From a virus (taxonomy: Duplodnaviria > Heunggongvirae > Uroviricota > Caudoviricetes), in IMG/VR virus record IMGVR_UViG_2917886563_000006: a DNA stretch of 18,870 nt; one strand, 5' to 3'. The notes beneath the pieces were generated by a model. That model was not told where the DNA came from. It did no database searches and was given only the letters and a program-made list of their open reading frames with translations. A program made the translations under genes and the position numbers. Within the stretch, counting starts at the first letter, position 1. Every line of letters begins with the position of its first letter. Shown one piece after another: positions 1 through 8,291 of this stretch.

Positions 1-183
1 AAGGTCACGAATGAACCAGGCGATAATGGCGCACATCGTTGCGTCGATTACTGTTTTTGCAAACGCACCGCCATTATATCTGCCGCGAAGGTACGCCATT
101 GCAAACGCAAGGATTGCCCCGATGCCTTGTTCCTTTGCCGCGAGAATGGCGGCTAACAGGTCATGTTTTTCTGGCATCTTCAT
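1..183 (-). CDS. S: Holin S, N-terminal 61 codons only (3' end lies beyond the window start)
   Basis: Reverse-strand translation from ATG at 183 gives [61 protein letters not shown], matching lambda S as recalled, including the dual Met1/Met3 start. Not in the ORF track because no stop falls in the window. Confidence 0.9.
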   Translation of the reverse strand, partial: MKMPEKHDLLAAILAAKEQGIGAILAFAMAYLRGRYNGGAFAKTVIDATMCAIIAWFIRDL

Positions 184-480
184 GTCTTACCCCCAATAAG
201 GGGATTTGCTCTATTTAATTAGGAATAAGGTCGATTACTGATAGAACAAATCCAGGCTACTGTGTTTAGTAATCAGATTTGTTCGTGACCGATATGCACG
301 GGCAAAACGGCAGGAGGTTGTTAGCGCAACTTCTTGCCACCCGCTTTCACGAAGCCAGCCATTGAGCTGGTTTTCTTTTATGCAAAGCACACCGCACCGT
401 AGCCACAGCGGATAAGGTGATTATTTTGGTCTGTCTGGTAGTTGGTTTGATGCGCTTTCAGAAAGGTCGTGCTTAAAACG

Positions 481-509
481 CAAAAAGCCCCGAGCTATTA
501 ACTCAGGGC
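481..509 (-). terminator. Intrinsic terminator about 30-60 nt downstream of pR' (tR'-like, short late leader)
   Basis: On the - strand GCCCUGAG-loop-CUCGGGGC hairpin followed by UUUUUG. Confidence 0.5.
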
Positions 510-545
510 TTTATTTAACGAGTGCATTTATCCATCGTTGAGTCA

Positions 546-574
546 AATTTACCCAACTTTATTCAGTAAGTCAA
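546..574 (-). promoter_or_regulatory. Late promoter pR' (Q-dependent antitermination site expected to overlap it)
   Basis: Minus-strand TTGACT (574..569), 17-bp spacer, TAAATT (551..546), immediately downstream of Q; matches the lambda pR' hexamers as recalled. Confidence 0.55.
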
Positions 575-616
575 TATTATGCCGTTAATATGTTGCCATC
601 CGTGGCAATCATGCTG

Positions 617-1240
617 CTAACGTGTTACCGCATTCAAAATGTTGTCTGCAATTGACTCTTCCTTGTGGCATTGCACCACCAGAGCGTCATATAGAGGCTT
701 AACAGTGCGTGACCAGGTGGGTTGGGTAAGGTTTGGGATTAGCATCGTTACAGCGCGATATGCGGCGCTTGCTGGCATCCTGGAATAGCCGACGCCTTTG
801 CATCTTCCGCACTCTTTCTCAACAACTCTCCCCCACTGCTCTGTTTTTGCTATATCAACCGCACGGCCTGTACCGTGGCAATCTCTGCACCTTGCTCCCG
901 GCGTCGCGGCACTACGGCAATAATCCGCATAAGCGAATGTTGCGAGCACTTGCAGTACCTTTGCCTTAGTATTTCCTTCAAGCTTTGCCACGCCACGGTA
1001 TTTCCCCGATACCTTGTGTGCAAATTGCATCAGATAGTTGATAGCCTTTTGTTTGTCGTTCTGGCTGAGTTCGTGCTTACCACAGAATGCAGCCATTCCG
1101 AATCCGGCTTGTGATTGCGCCATCCCCATAGCAGCCATCACATCAGTACCGGAAAGAGAGTCAGAAGCCGTGGCCCGTGGTGCGTCGCTCATCATCGGGC
1201 TTTTTGGCGAATGAAATTTAGCTACGCTTTCGAGTCTCAT
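617..1240 (-). CDS. Q: Late gene antiterminator Q
   Basis: 207-aa ORF; sequence [19 protein letters not shown]... matches lambda Q essentially along its full length as recalled. Confidence 0.95.
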   Translation of the reverse strand: MRLESVAKFHSPKSPMMSDAPRATASDSLSGTDVMAAMGMAQSQAGFGMAAFCGKHELSQNDKQKAINYLMQFAHKVSGKYRGVAKLEGNTKAKVLQVLATFAYADYCRSAATPGARCRDCHGTGRAVDIAKTEQWGRVVEKECGRCKGVGYSRMPASAAYRAVTMLIPNLTQPTWSRTVKPLYDALVVQCHKEESIADNILNAVTR

Positions 1241-1902
1241 GCGCCTTCTCCCTGTACCTGAATCAATGTGAGGTTTCCGCAGAACACTGCTCCGGTATCG
1301 ATATACATTTGGTTGGCAAATTTAAGTGGTTTCACTGCTGGCGTATGACCAAAGATGAACGTGTCCGCGCCTTTGATTTCTTTCACGATCCCGTCTTGTG
1401 AGTTGCTGATTCGTTCGCGGTTCCAGATTACCAGCTGATGATCAACTGGCTTTCCAAACTCGTATTCATCACAAGGATAATCGGCGTGGCAGATGACATA
1501 TTTTTTACCTTTGCTCACCAGTTCGATGATTAACGGAAGTTCATCTGCTTTATGGGCAAGAGCTTTAGCCAGAATTTCTTTGTCGTAATCGAGATTAAAG
1601 AACCAGCCACCGCCATTAAGCAGCCAGTGATTGACGTTTCCACGCTCTGATAAGCCATCAATCATCATTTGCTCATGGTTTCCACGTACAGCTCGGAACC
1701 AGGGGAATGTGATTAATTCCAGACATTCGACGTTCTCTGTACCGCGATCAACCAAATCGCCAACCGAGATAAGCAGGTCTTTTTTGGTGTCGAATCCTAT
1801 CGTCTCCAGTTTTTTCATCAGGTTCGTGTAGCATCCGTGCAGATCGCCAACTACCCAAATATTTCGGTATTTGCTGCCATCAATTTTTTCGTAATAGCGC
1901 AT
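1237..1902 (-). CDS. ninI: Ser/Thr protein phosphatase NinI (lambda PPase)
   Basis: Start chosen at internal Met ([24 protein letters not shown]...), giving 221 aa; GDLHG, GDLVDRG and GNHE metallophosphatase motifs present. The ORF-track N-terminal extension is rejected. Stop overlaps the Q start. Confidence 0.9.
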   Translation of the reverse strand: MRYYEKIDGSKYRNIWVVGDLHGCYTNLMKKLETIGFDTKKDLLISVGDLVDRGTENVECLELITFPWFRAVRGNHEQMMIDGLSERGNVNHWLLNGGGWFFNLDYDKEILAKALAHKADELPLIIELVSKGKKYVICHADYPCDEYEFGKPVDHQLVIWNRERISNSQDGIVKEIKGADTFIFGHTPAVKPLKFANQMYIDTGAVFCGNLTLIQVQGEGA

Positions 1903-2086
1903 CTCTTTCACTCCATCCGCGATGAACCATGAGAACGTCGTTGACGATGGCGTGCATTTTCCCGTCTTTATCATCAACGTATTTTCTTACCGTACCGCGA
2001 CTACATTTCAGTCTGCGTGCTACTTCTGTCTGGTTTCCGTATGCTTCAACGAGCATGTCTGGAATGGTTTTTACTGAGAACGTCAT
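1880..2086 (-). CDS. ninH: NinH
   Basis: 68-aa [40 protein letters not shown]... with an HTH-like segment; matches lambda NinH as recalled. Confidence 0.85.
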   Translation of the reverse strand: MTFSVKTIPDMLVEAYGNQTEVARRLKCSRGTVRKYVDDKDGKMHAIVNDVLMVHRGWSERDALLRKN

Positions 2087-2694
2087 GCGGCCTCACTTCT
2101 GCTATTTCGCAGGTCTTTGAGTTTCTGCTGATACTCCGCCTTGATGGCCCTGCACTCTTCGACAGTCCAGCGATGGCGGCTATGGTTTGATTCGATTTCG
2201 TCTACTGCTTCCTGCCCGATGCGGCTAATCAGTTCGACGCGATACGGAACGAGATTTCCGCTTTTGTGCTGGTTGCACACCACGCATTGCTTGTGAATAT
2301 TGCGTTCATCAAATCGGAGTTGAGGTGCCGCAGCAGTTGTCCGGTAATGTCCGGCATCCCACTGAGCAGACGTGAGCGTTCCGCACGAGATACATGGTAA
2401 GTCGCGGTCTCTTTCTCTGATGAAGGCGTTTACAGCTTGTTGGGCTTGTTTAATCCAGTAACTGCGGGGCTTTAAGGCGAGTTTTCGAATCTTCAGTTTA
2501 TCTTTCTGTTTCTGCTCCTCTCGTCGTAGTTTCTTCTCTGCTGCTTTTTCCGCTTTTTCGCGTTCTTTACTTCGTCGTTCGAGTGCTATCTTGGTTCCAC
2601 ACTCTGGAGAGCACCACCACTGATTAGCGAATGCAGGGTGAAACCATTCCCGACATTCATTGTTTTTACATCGTCTTCGCGCTGGTTTAGCCAT
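2083..2694 (-). CDS. ninG: NinG (Rap recombination endonuclease)
   Basis: 203-aa ORF with Cys-rich N-terminus and basic coiled segment; matches lambda NinG as recalled; ATGA overlap with ninH. Confidence 0.9.
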   Translation of the reverse strand: MAKPARRRCKNNECREWFHPAFANQWWCSPECGTKIALERRSKEREKAEKAAEKKLRREEQKQKDKLKIRKLALKPRSYWIKQAQQAVNAFIRERDRDLPCISCGTLTSAQWDAGHYRTTAAAPQLRFDERNIHKQCVVCNQHKSGNLVPYRVELISRIGQEAVDEIESNHSRHRWTVEECRAIKAEYQQKLKDLRNSRSEAA

Positions 2695-2863
2695 CGTCTT
2701 CTTCCTCGTACATTGAGCTATTCGGATCGCTCATCAGTTCTGTGCAGCAGTGCTCACACACGTGAACTTCCAGCACATGCAGCTTCTGACCGCAGTTAGC
2801 GCACGTTAAAGCCCGCTCGACGCTTTCTTTCTGGTATTGAATGGATTGGGATGGGCTAAGCAT
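2687..2863 (-). CDS. ninF: NinF (58 aa)
   Basis: Hand-translated from the - strand: [58 protein letters not shown]; below the ORF-track size cutoff; overlaps the ninG start. Confidence 0.8.
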   Translation of the reverse strand: MLSPSQSIQYQKESVERALTCANCGQKLHVLEVHVCEHCCTELMSDPNSSMYEEEDDG

Positions 2864-3228
2864 TATTGGATTCTCTGCATCATGAGAAAGACAATCATGG
2901 CGGCGCGGAGGGGATTTTCATGTATAGCTCGCTTAGATTTACAGTAGGCCACACCGCGTGCACCCCACTCGTCTTCATCGAGATTGATAATGCTAATCCT
3001 GTATTTTTCAATAATCGGCCATGCGTCTGCTGGGTTTGCGCATGGGTTAAAGGATCCGCGCTCAACTTCTACTTCAACTGCGTCTCCGTTTACAATGTCT
3101 CCCTCAAATGAGACAAACACCATATCGCCATTCTCACCTTCTTTGTAATCCGGTGATCCGTTATGAATGGCTTCGAATACCGCCACGTTAATTTCAAAAT
3201 CACTTAACTGTGAATAATCCATTGTCAT
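2863..3228 (-). CDS. Hypothetical acidic protein (121 aa from MTMDYSQ...), inserted between ninE and ninF relative to lambda
   Basis: Long ORF with protein-like composition; its ATG at 3228 overlaps the ninE stop (ATGA) and its stop overlaps the ninF start (TAATG). An alternative start two codons downstream (3222) has better RBS spacing. Confidence 0.6.
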   Translation of the reverse strand: MTMDYSQLSDFEINVAVFEAIHNGSPDYKEGENGDMVFVSFEGDIVNGDAVEVEVERGSFNPCANPADAWPIIEKYRISIINLDEDEWGARGVAYCKSKRAIHENPLRAAMIVFLMMQRIQ

Positions 3229-3401
3229 TTCCTCGCACGATTTCTTAGCCACCGGATATCCCACAGGTGAGCCGTGTAGTTGAAGGTTTTTACGTCAGAT
3301 TCTTTTGGGATTGGCTTGCGTTTATTTCTGGAGCGTTTCGTTGGAAGATATTTGCAGTTTTCACAGATTATGTCGGTGATACTTCGTCGCTGTCTCGCCA
3401 C
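3225..3401 (-). CDS. ninE: NinE (58 aa, GTG start)
   Basis: Hand-translated: (M)[57 protein letters not shown]; AGGAGG four nt upstream of GTG; 34-nt overlap with ninD, as I recall for lambda. Confidence 0.65.
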   Translation of the reverse strand: MARQRRSITDIICENCKYLPTKRSRNKRKPIPKESDVKTFNYTAHLWDIRWLRNRARK

Positions 3402-3541
3402 ACGTCCTCCTTTTCCTGCGGTAGTGGTAACACCCCTGTTGGTGTTCTTTCACACCGGAGACACCATCGATTCCAGTAAGGCTGTCCTGGTCGAAAGCGA
3501 TCGTCTTCCTTTCGCTCTCCACATCGATAACAGTGCTTCAT
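3368..3541 (-). CDS. ninD: NinD (57 aa, Cys-rich)
   Basis: [57 protein letters not shown]; start at the internal Met so the ATG overlaps the upstream gene stop (ATGA). Confidence 0.7.
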   Translation of the reverse strand: MKHCYRCGERKEDDRFRPGQPYWNRWCLRCERTPTGVLPLPQEKEDVWRDSDEVSPT

Positions 3542-4128
3542 GCGATCACCATTTTGCATGGTTTAATCGCCATGCCGGGAGCCAGTTCAAAATCGGAGTC
3601 GCACTGATTTCCCCACATATCCCACCCGGTCACTTTGTCGCGGCTAAATAACTCACAGCGCGGCACGTCGCCAAGCAACTTAGCTAACATGTCTCTTACG
3701 ATCGGTGGTTTTGCACTGTGCTCCATTCTCGGTGCGGTAAAGTGCTGGCATATTGAAGCGTCCATTCTCTCAGGTAACCGCCCTCGAACGGCAAACAAGC
3801 AATCCTCGCTATTTGCCCGGGTCATATGCCCCATTCCGATCGCACTGTTGCCTTTGTGCTTATTGGTTTTGTGCCAAGTAAAGCCTTTCATAGTCATCAA
3901 CCTGAATCCCCACGCCTCAATTACCTTTAGCGCTTCGGCTGGCTGTGTCGGCACCCACCACATCGCTAACAAGCAAGATTCTGGATCCGCTAAATCCCAT
4001 ACTGGCAGTCGGCAAATGTCCTGAACATTCATAACATCGTATTTATGTCCAGCACCGCGATTGCCATCGTTGGCTTTGTCGCGATATTGCCATGGCGGAT
4101 CTGCGTAAATAAGTTGGTATTTGTTCAT
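3538..4128 (-). CDS. DNA N6-adenine methyltransferase, DPPW-motif (MT-A70/Dam-like family), orphan (no cognate nuclease seen)
   Basis: 196-aa ORF with N-terminal [10 protein letters not shown] (catalytic motif IV of N6-adenine methyltransferases); occupies the position of lambda ninC between ninB and ninD. Confidence 0.8.
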   Translation of the reverse strand: MNKYQLIYADPPWQYRDKANDGNRGAGHKYDVMNVQDICRLPVWDLADPESCLLAMWWVPTQPAEALKVIEAWGFRLMTMKGFTWHKTNKHKGNSAIGMGHMTRANSEDCLFAVRGRLPERMDASICQHFTAPRMEHSAKPPIVRDMLAKLLGDVPRCELFSRDKVTGWDMWGNQCDSDFELAPGMAIKPCKMVIA

Positions 4129-4565
4129 TCAGTTTTATCTCCCCATCTCGCTTTCCACTCCAGAGCCAGTCGCGCTTCGTCTGACCACTTAACGCCATGT
4201 TCTGTACCGAATGCCTGTATAAGCTCTAATAGCTCCGCAAATTCGCTTACACGCATCCTGCTGGTTGACTGGCCTATTACCACAAAGCCATTCCCGGCAA
4301 GGTTAGGAACAACGTCTTGCTGCTTTAATGCTGCGGTAAACACACACTTCCAGCTTTCTGCATCCAGCCAGCGACCATGCCATTCAACCTGACGAGAGAC
4401 GTCACCAAGGCAAGCCCAAAGCTTTCGATTCTGGTCTAAGCTGCGGTTGCGTTCCTGAATGGTTACTACGATTGGTTTGGTTGGGTCTGGAAGGATTTGC
4501 TGGATAGCTTGAATGGCGTTCTGCTGATGGATGGGGCTTCTTAGTTCAAACGTTAGTTTCCTCAT
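4125..4565 (-). CDS. ninB: NinB (Orf recombination mediator)
   Basis: 146-aa ORF MRKLTFELRSPIHQQNAIQAIQQILPDPTKPIVVTIQERNRSLDQNRKLWACLGDV... matching lambda NinB as recalled. Confidence 0.9.
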   Translation of the reverse strand: MRKLTFELRSPIHQQNAIQAIQQILPDPTKPIVVTIQERNRSLDQNRKLWACLGDVSRQVEWHGRWLDAESWKCVFTAALKQQDVVPNLAGNGFVVIGQSTSRMRVSEFAELLELIQAFGTEHGVKWSDEARLALEWKARWGDKTE

Positions 4566-4782
4566 GGGATGAACTCCAGTGTGCGATGTTAAATTCCCAT
4601 TTAATTACCTTTGCATACCCAATTTTGAACCCATCAATACCTATCCACCGCTTGCCACTCCAATAAGCTGTACCACTTTGCTTGAAATGATGTGGATGCT
4701 TAGATTGAGTGGTCACTGTTACAGGTAAATATGGCTTCGGGTATTCCCCATTCCCTGGATAACCAGATTTAATTCTGCTCAT
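4546..4782 (-). CDS. Hypothetical protein (78 aa)
   Basis: ORF whose ATG overlaps the stop of the upstream membrane-protein gene (ATGA) and whose 3' end overlaps ninB by 20 nt; no recognisable motif. Confidence 0.4.
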   Translation of the reverse strand: MSRIKSGYPGNGEYPKPYLPVTVTTQSKHPHHFKQSGTAYWSGKRWIGIDGFKIGYAKVIKWEFNIAHWSSSHEETNV

Positions 4783-5105
4783 TGATACCCTCTCTCACTT
4801 AATCGCGCCCACGCTTCGTTAAACTCTTCTCGGGTTGCGCCGGATTTTCTTTCTTCAAACATCATGCATTCGCTGATGTCTCCCCATGACTTTGGTCGCT
4901 TTTCAGCGAACAGATCATCCCATTCGAATACCCAGCGTCCTGATTTTCGGTAGTGGTAAATGGTCAGCCATGTTGTGCTGTTCGCTGGATACCCATAGAG
5001 AACTTCGACTTTTTGATCACGGTCTTTATGCTTTTTCAGCAGGATAAAGCCAGCAACCAGCGAAGCTCCGGCAAGAATGATGATTGGAATTTGCCAGTCA
5101 GCCAC
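4779..5105 (-). CDS. Hypothetical membrane-anchored protein (108 aa, GTG start)
   Basis: Directly downstream of the tR2-like terminator, reusing a GGGGGAGAGGGAAG RBS context; N-terminal hydrophobic segment IPIIILAGASLVAGFILL followed by a charged soluble domain. Confidence 0.6.
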   Translation of the reverse strand: MADWQIPIIILAGASLVAGFILLKKHKDRDQKVEVLYGYPANSTTWLTIYHYRKSGRWVFEWDDLFAEKRPKSWGDISECMMFEERKSGATREEFNEAWARLSERGYQ

Positions 5106-5120
5106 ACTTCCCTCTCCCCC

Positions 5121-5152
5121 AAATAAAAAGGCCTGCGATTACCAGCAGGCCT
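5121..5152 (-). terminator. Intrinsic terminator, lambda tR2-like
   Basis: Minus-strand GGCCUGCUGGUAAUCGCAGGCC hairpin followed by UUUUUAUUU; sequence matches lambda tR2 as recalled. Confidence 0.7.
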
Positions 5153-5177
5153 GTTATTAGCTCAGTGATGTAGATGG

Positions 5178-6554
5178 TCATACGTCAGCCCCTTGTGCAT
5201 ATCGTCTGCCACGCGCAGCAGGTGCATTTGATGCTGTGCAAATCTGTCTGGCTTCATCCTGGTCACATGCAACAAAGTGTCCGTTGCAGAACCGCTGGTA
5301 AACCGTACCAAGCGAGCCAAAACGGTTTTTCGTCACGATGATTTCAGCAAATGGCGCGGCGCTACTGTTCTCGTCATATACCGCTTCCCGATAGAGCATG
5401 ATGATTGAGTCTGCGTCCTGTTCAATGCTTCCTGAATCACGCAAATCTGCGTTTGTCGGGCGTTTGTTTGGTCGCTTCTCAACATCGCGTGAAAGCTGAC
5501 TTAGGGAGATAACAGGCGTTTTCAGGTCTTTCGCCATCGCCTTAAGGCTTCCTGAGATGTGAGCAATTGCGAGGTCGTTGCGGTCTGCTTTCGGCTTCTC
5601 AATCAGGCCAAGATAATCCGCCATGATGAGTGACAGGTTTGGATTTTCCTGTTTGTGTCGTTCTGCGATTGAGCGTATTTCTTCGACCGATAACCGCGAG
5701 GCATCGACTACCCATACATCCAAATCTGCAAGCTGATTCATGCCGTTAGCAACACGCGCCCAGCCTTCGTCATCCATCGATGCAGGATTTCGCAGCACGC
5801 TAACCGGCATCCTCCCGGCGTTGGCAATGCTTCGCTCTGCAATCTGCAATGCGCTCATTTCCATTGAGAAAATCAATACCCCGCGCCGGACGTCAGAACC
5901 AGGAATAACGCGGCTTGCAACGCCTTCGGCAATCTTCAGCGCCAGTTCGGTTTTCCCCATACCAGGACGAGCAGCGATTATCACCAGGTCTTCCGCGTTC
6001 ATCCCTCCGGTGATGGCATCAAGTTCTTCGATTCCGGTCTTCAGGGTATCTGACTCTTCTCCGTTCCTCAGACGCCTGTCAAGCGTGTCAGTGTAGTCAG
6101 TAATGATTTCCCCTAACCGTACAGGTTTTACCTCGTCACGGGGCTTTCTGATGGCTGAAAGACGCTTTACGAGCTCGTCCATCGCCTGACTCGATGTATC
6201 GATGGTTCCGCTCTGAATTGGTTCACGCATTTCATCCATGATTTCCAGCACCAGACGGCGGTGATAGTTATCCGCGACCATTCCGGCATATCCCTTCAGG
6301 TTTGCGGCACTCGGGCAGTTTTTGCTGGTCATCAGGATTGACGTGAAATGCTCCTCTCCGCACGCCTCGGCAACCATCAGCGCGTCGATTAGGTTTCTGT
6401 TTCTCGCCTGCTTGCGGATAACCTCGAAGGCTTTCCGGTAGAGCGGAATTGAAAACGCTTCCGGCTCAAGCGTTGCCAGAACGTCACTGGCAGTTGGTGT
6501 TAATCCACCAATCAGCAGGCCACCGATAACGCTCGCTTCGATATCCTGTTTCAT
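5178..6554 (-). CDS. Replicative DNA helicase, DnaB family (phage-encoded; P22 gp12-like by size and position)
   Basis: 458-aa ORF; Walker A ARPGMGKT at residues 195-202, DnaB-like N-terminal domain; located where lambda P would be. Confidence 0.9.
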   Translation of the reverse strand: MKQDIEASVIGGLLIGGLTPTASDVLATLEPEAFSIPLYRKAFEVIRKQARNRNLIDALMVAEACGEEHFTSILMTSKNCPSAANLKGYAGMVADNYHRRLVLEIMDEMREPIQSGTIDTSSQAMDELVKRLSAIRKPRDEVKPVRLGEIITDYTDTLDRRLRNGEESDTLKTGIEELDAITGGMNAEDLVIIAARPGMGKTELALKIAEGVASRVIPGSDVRRGVLIFSMEMSALQIAERSIANAGRMPVSVLRNPASMDDEGWARVANGMNQLADLDVWVVDASRLSVEEIRSIAERHKQENPNLSLIMADYLGLIEKPKADRNDLAIAHISGSLKAMAKDLKTPVISLSQLSRDVEKRPNKRPTNADLRDSGSIEQDADSIIMLYREAVYDENSSAAPFAEIIVTKNRFGSLGTVYQRFCNGHFVACDQDEARQICTASNAPAARGRRYAQGADV

Positions 6555-7372
6555 GCAATCCCCCTGTCTGCAAACTTCCCTTCCCGTACTCCCGTTAACG
6601 AGTCTTCCCTCAGCAGGTAATCAAAATCTGCCGTCCAGCCAGTGTCGTTGTCTCCGAAGTAAAACGGCTTGGCCTGATGTACAAACGCCCTGACATACGC
6701 TCTGAAACCGTCCACGTTTGGCGTTTTCAGTTGCGGGATGATTTTCTTCAGGCGGCGTTTGCGTTTCTCGTTGACCGCAACAGCGTGTGGCAGTCTGTCA
6801 CCGACTTCGGTGTTGTAGGCGTTCAGGAAGGATTCGTAGTCGATGCGTTCTGCCTTGCGACGTTCAGGTTTAACCTGCCCATCGCCACCCCCGTTAGGGG
6901 GTAAGGGGGTATTTGTATTTATTGTCTTTTGTATATTGTCTTTTGTGTTTAGCTGACTTGGCTTATACCCATTAGCCGACTTGGCTAATGTTTTATTAGC
7001 TGTTTTAGCTAATGTTAAGCTGTCCTGGCTAATCCACTGCGAAACCACCTTGTTCACTCCGATTTTCACGCCATCAGCAATGAGGAATTTACGCTCAATA
7101 AGCTGGCGCTTGGTAGCGCAAACATGAGTGTGATGAATACCTGTCATGGCTGCTATCTGCGTGTTTGTGAGTCGATCCATCGGCTTATTGAATCCGTATG
7201 TCTTGCGCATGATAGCGAGCATCACCTTCAACTGCCGGACAGTTAAATCAGCCATCAGCAGACTGTCGGCAATCTCGTTAGCAACGCGCATGAAACCATC
7301 TTCGGTATCTGCCACGCGATGCTCCACGACCTCCAGTTGAGGCCTGTAATCAGCTAACTTAACGACGCCCAT
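6551..7372 (-). CDS. Replication initiator, O-like (origin-binding)
   Basis: 273-aa ORF in the O position, ATGA-coupled to the helicase gene; contains the iteron/AT-rich origin within its coding sequence, as lambda O does. Confidence 0.85.
   Translation of the reverse strand: MGVVKLADYRPQLEVVEHRVADTEDGFMRVANEIADSLLMADLTVRQLKVMLAIMRKTYGFNKPMDRLTNTQIAAMTGIHHTHVCATKRQLIERKFLIADGVKIGVNKVVSQWISQDSLTLAKTANKTLAKSANGYKPSQLNTKDNIQKTINTNTPLPPNGGGDGQVKPERRKAERIDYESFLNAYNTEVGDRLPHAVAVNEKRKRRLKKIIPQLKTPNVDGFRAYVRAFVHQAKPFYFGDNDTGWTADFDYLLREDSLTGVREGKFADRGIA
6905..7033. repeat. Replication origin: four ~18-bp iterons (6949-6966, 6972-6989, 6996-7013, 7015-7033) plus adjacent AT-rich tract (6905-6948)
   Basis: Direct repeats TTAGCTGACTTGGCTTAT / TTAGCCGACTTGGCTAAT / TTAGCTGTTTTAGCTAAT / TTAAGCTGTCCTGGCTAAT at 19-24-bp spacing, followed in the O reading direction by T/A-rich sequence. 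Confidence 0.65.
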
Positions 7373-7520
7373 GTTTCACTCCTGCTTTGGCTAGTCTGTA
7401 AACACCAACAAGGCGCTCTGCGAACGCCCTGTTATTTGCTGCGGCTACCACTAATCCCTCAGGTGAATCAGGGTGTCGAATCTCTTCTTTTTCCTGGTAT
7501 TTCTTACGACGTTTTGTCAT
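7359..7520 (-). CDS. Hypothetical small basic protein (53 aa) between cII and O
   Basis: Hand-translated [53 protein letters not shown]; GGGG RBS about 5 nt upstream; 3' end overlaps the O start. Confidence 0.3.
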   Translation of the reverse strand: MTKRRKKYQEKEEIRHPDSPEGLVVAAANNRAFAERLVGVYRLAKAGVKHGRR

Positions 7521-7554
7521 AATTACCCCTGTAGATTGATCCAGTCTTTCTACA

Positions 7555-7836
7555 TCAGGCCTCGAAGAATTCGCCGTTCTTCGGGGCTTTTTCTTTTGTC
7601 AGGTAATTGGCAAGCCGCTTAGTCAGCTCAGCCATTTCATCGTCTTCGATTCCGTATTCCAGAACAGCCAGCATCATGCTTACCTGCGAGAAGAAACCAT
7701 TCTTCCATCGGCTTACCTGATATTCAGGAACCCCCATCGCTCGAGCGAATGTCTTCTGCCCCATCAGTGCCAGTTTGTTCAGCAAGGCTGACTCGATGTG
7801 AGCCGCTTTCTTGCTTTTAGTTGCAATAGTACCCAT
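7555..7836 (-). CDS. cII: CII-like lysogeny transcriptional activator
   Basis: 93-aa ORF; IESALLNKLALMGQKTFARAMGVPEYQVSRWK...MLAVLEYGIEDDEMAEL aligns with lambda CII (HTH and tetramerisation region) as recalled; position between cro and O. Confidence 0.85.
   Translation of the reverse strand: MGTIATKSKKAAHIESALLNKLALMGQKTFARAMGVPEYQVSRWKNGFFSQVSMMLAVLEYGIEDDEMAELTKRLANYLTKEKAPKNGEFFEA
7559..7597 (+). terminator. Intrinsic terminator on + strand overlapping the cII 3' end (oop-like antisense RNA terminator)
   Basis: GCCTCGAAGAA-loop-TTCTTCGGGGC hairpin followed by TTTTTCTTTT on the + strand, antisense to cII; same arrangement as lambda oop/t0. Confidence 0.5.
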
Positions 7837-7912
7837 AGATAATTTCCTTAATGATTAGATAGAGTTGGCTTCGCAAAGAAACGCAAAACCATAGAGATTT
7901 GTTTCTGGTAAT

Positions 7913-7944
7913 GCCCTTTTTCAGGGCGGGGATGTGTAAGAGCA
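7913..7944 (-). promoter_or_regulatory. nutR (boxA + boxB) N-utilisation site
   Basis: Minus strand reads TGCTCTTACACA (boxA-like) then GCCCTGAAAAAGGGC (identical to lambda nutR boxB as recalled), between cro and cII. Confidence 0.75.
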
Positions 7945-7952
7945 TTAATAAC

Positions 7953-8183
7953 TTAAGCGGCCATTAATTCAGGCCAGATGCTTTCCCAATCAACCGGATG
8001 AAGGTCTTTGCGAGTCACTTCACCATTGCTGAACCTCTCAATCAGAACACAAAGTGCTGCGCCCAATTCATGATTACGGCTAAGTGCTTTCCTCAAATAG
8101 CCGATAGAAGTTCCGCACTTGGTGGCAAATTCTCTCTGCTCTTCCAGTGAAAGGGAGTTCAGATACAAGCGGAGTTCTTCCAT
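7953..8183 (-). CDS. cro: Cro-like repressor (HTH), divergent from the repressor gene
   Basis: 76-aa ORF with HTH-like segment EQREFATKCGTSIGYLRKALS; AGGAG RBS; transcribed divergently from the CI-type repressor across the operator region. Confidence 0.7.
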   Translation of the reverse strand: MEELRLYLNSLSLEEQREFATKCGTSIGYLRKALSRNHELGAALCVLIERFSNGEVTRKDLHPVDWESIWPELMAA

Positions 8184-8291
8184 TTGCTATCTCCTTCCCG
8201 TTGTTGAATAAGATGAGTTTACCTGTAGGTAAAAAGCAAATCAATACCCATAGGTTATTTACCGGCAGGTAATCAAAGATAGAATTAAATC
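8184..8291. promoter_or_regulatory. Right operator/promoter region (oR with pR toward cro and pRM toward cI)
   Basis: 14-bp palindromic sites TTACCTGTAGGTAA (8219-8232) and TTACCGGCAGGTAA (8259-8272), with a degenerate site between; candidate pR on the - strand (TTGATT 8244..8239, TAAACT 8221..8216); candidate pRM -10 TAGAAT (8280-8285) ending 6 nt before the cI ATG. Confidence 0.65.

Noticed and set aside
11-199. 62-aa + strand ORF at the window start
   Set aside because: It is antisense to the holin S coding sequence, which is confidently identified on the - strand; the ORF is a by-product of that gene.
733-1114. Two + strand ORFs (78 and 79 aa) inside the Q region
   Set aside because: Antisense to Q, which matches lambda Q over its full length; low-complexity, unlikely composition.
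1237-1977. ORF-track N-terminal extensions of ninI (246 aa), N (from 9519), xis (from 16147), cIII (from 11190) and the 114-aa ORF (from 15708)
   Set aside because: In each case an internal Met with a proper RBS reproduces the known protein N-terminus or avoids running through a terminator or nut site; the longer forms are artefacts of taking the first in-frame start.
5740-6096. 118-aa + strand ORF
   Set aside because: Antisense to the DnaB-like helicase gene; Ser/Ala/Pro-rich, not protein-like.
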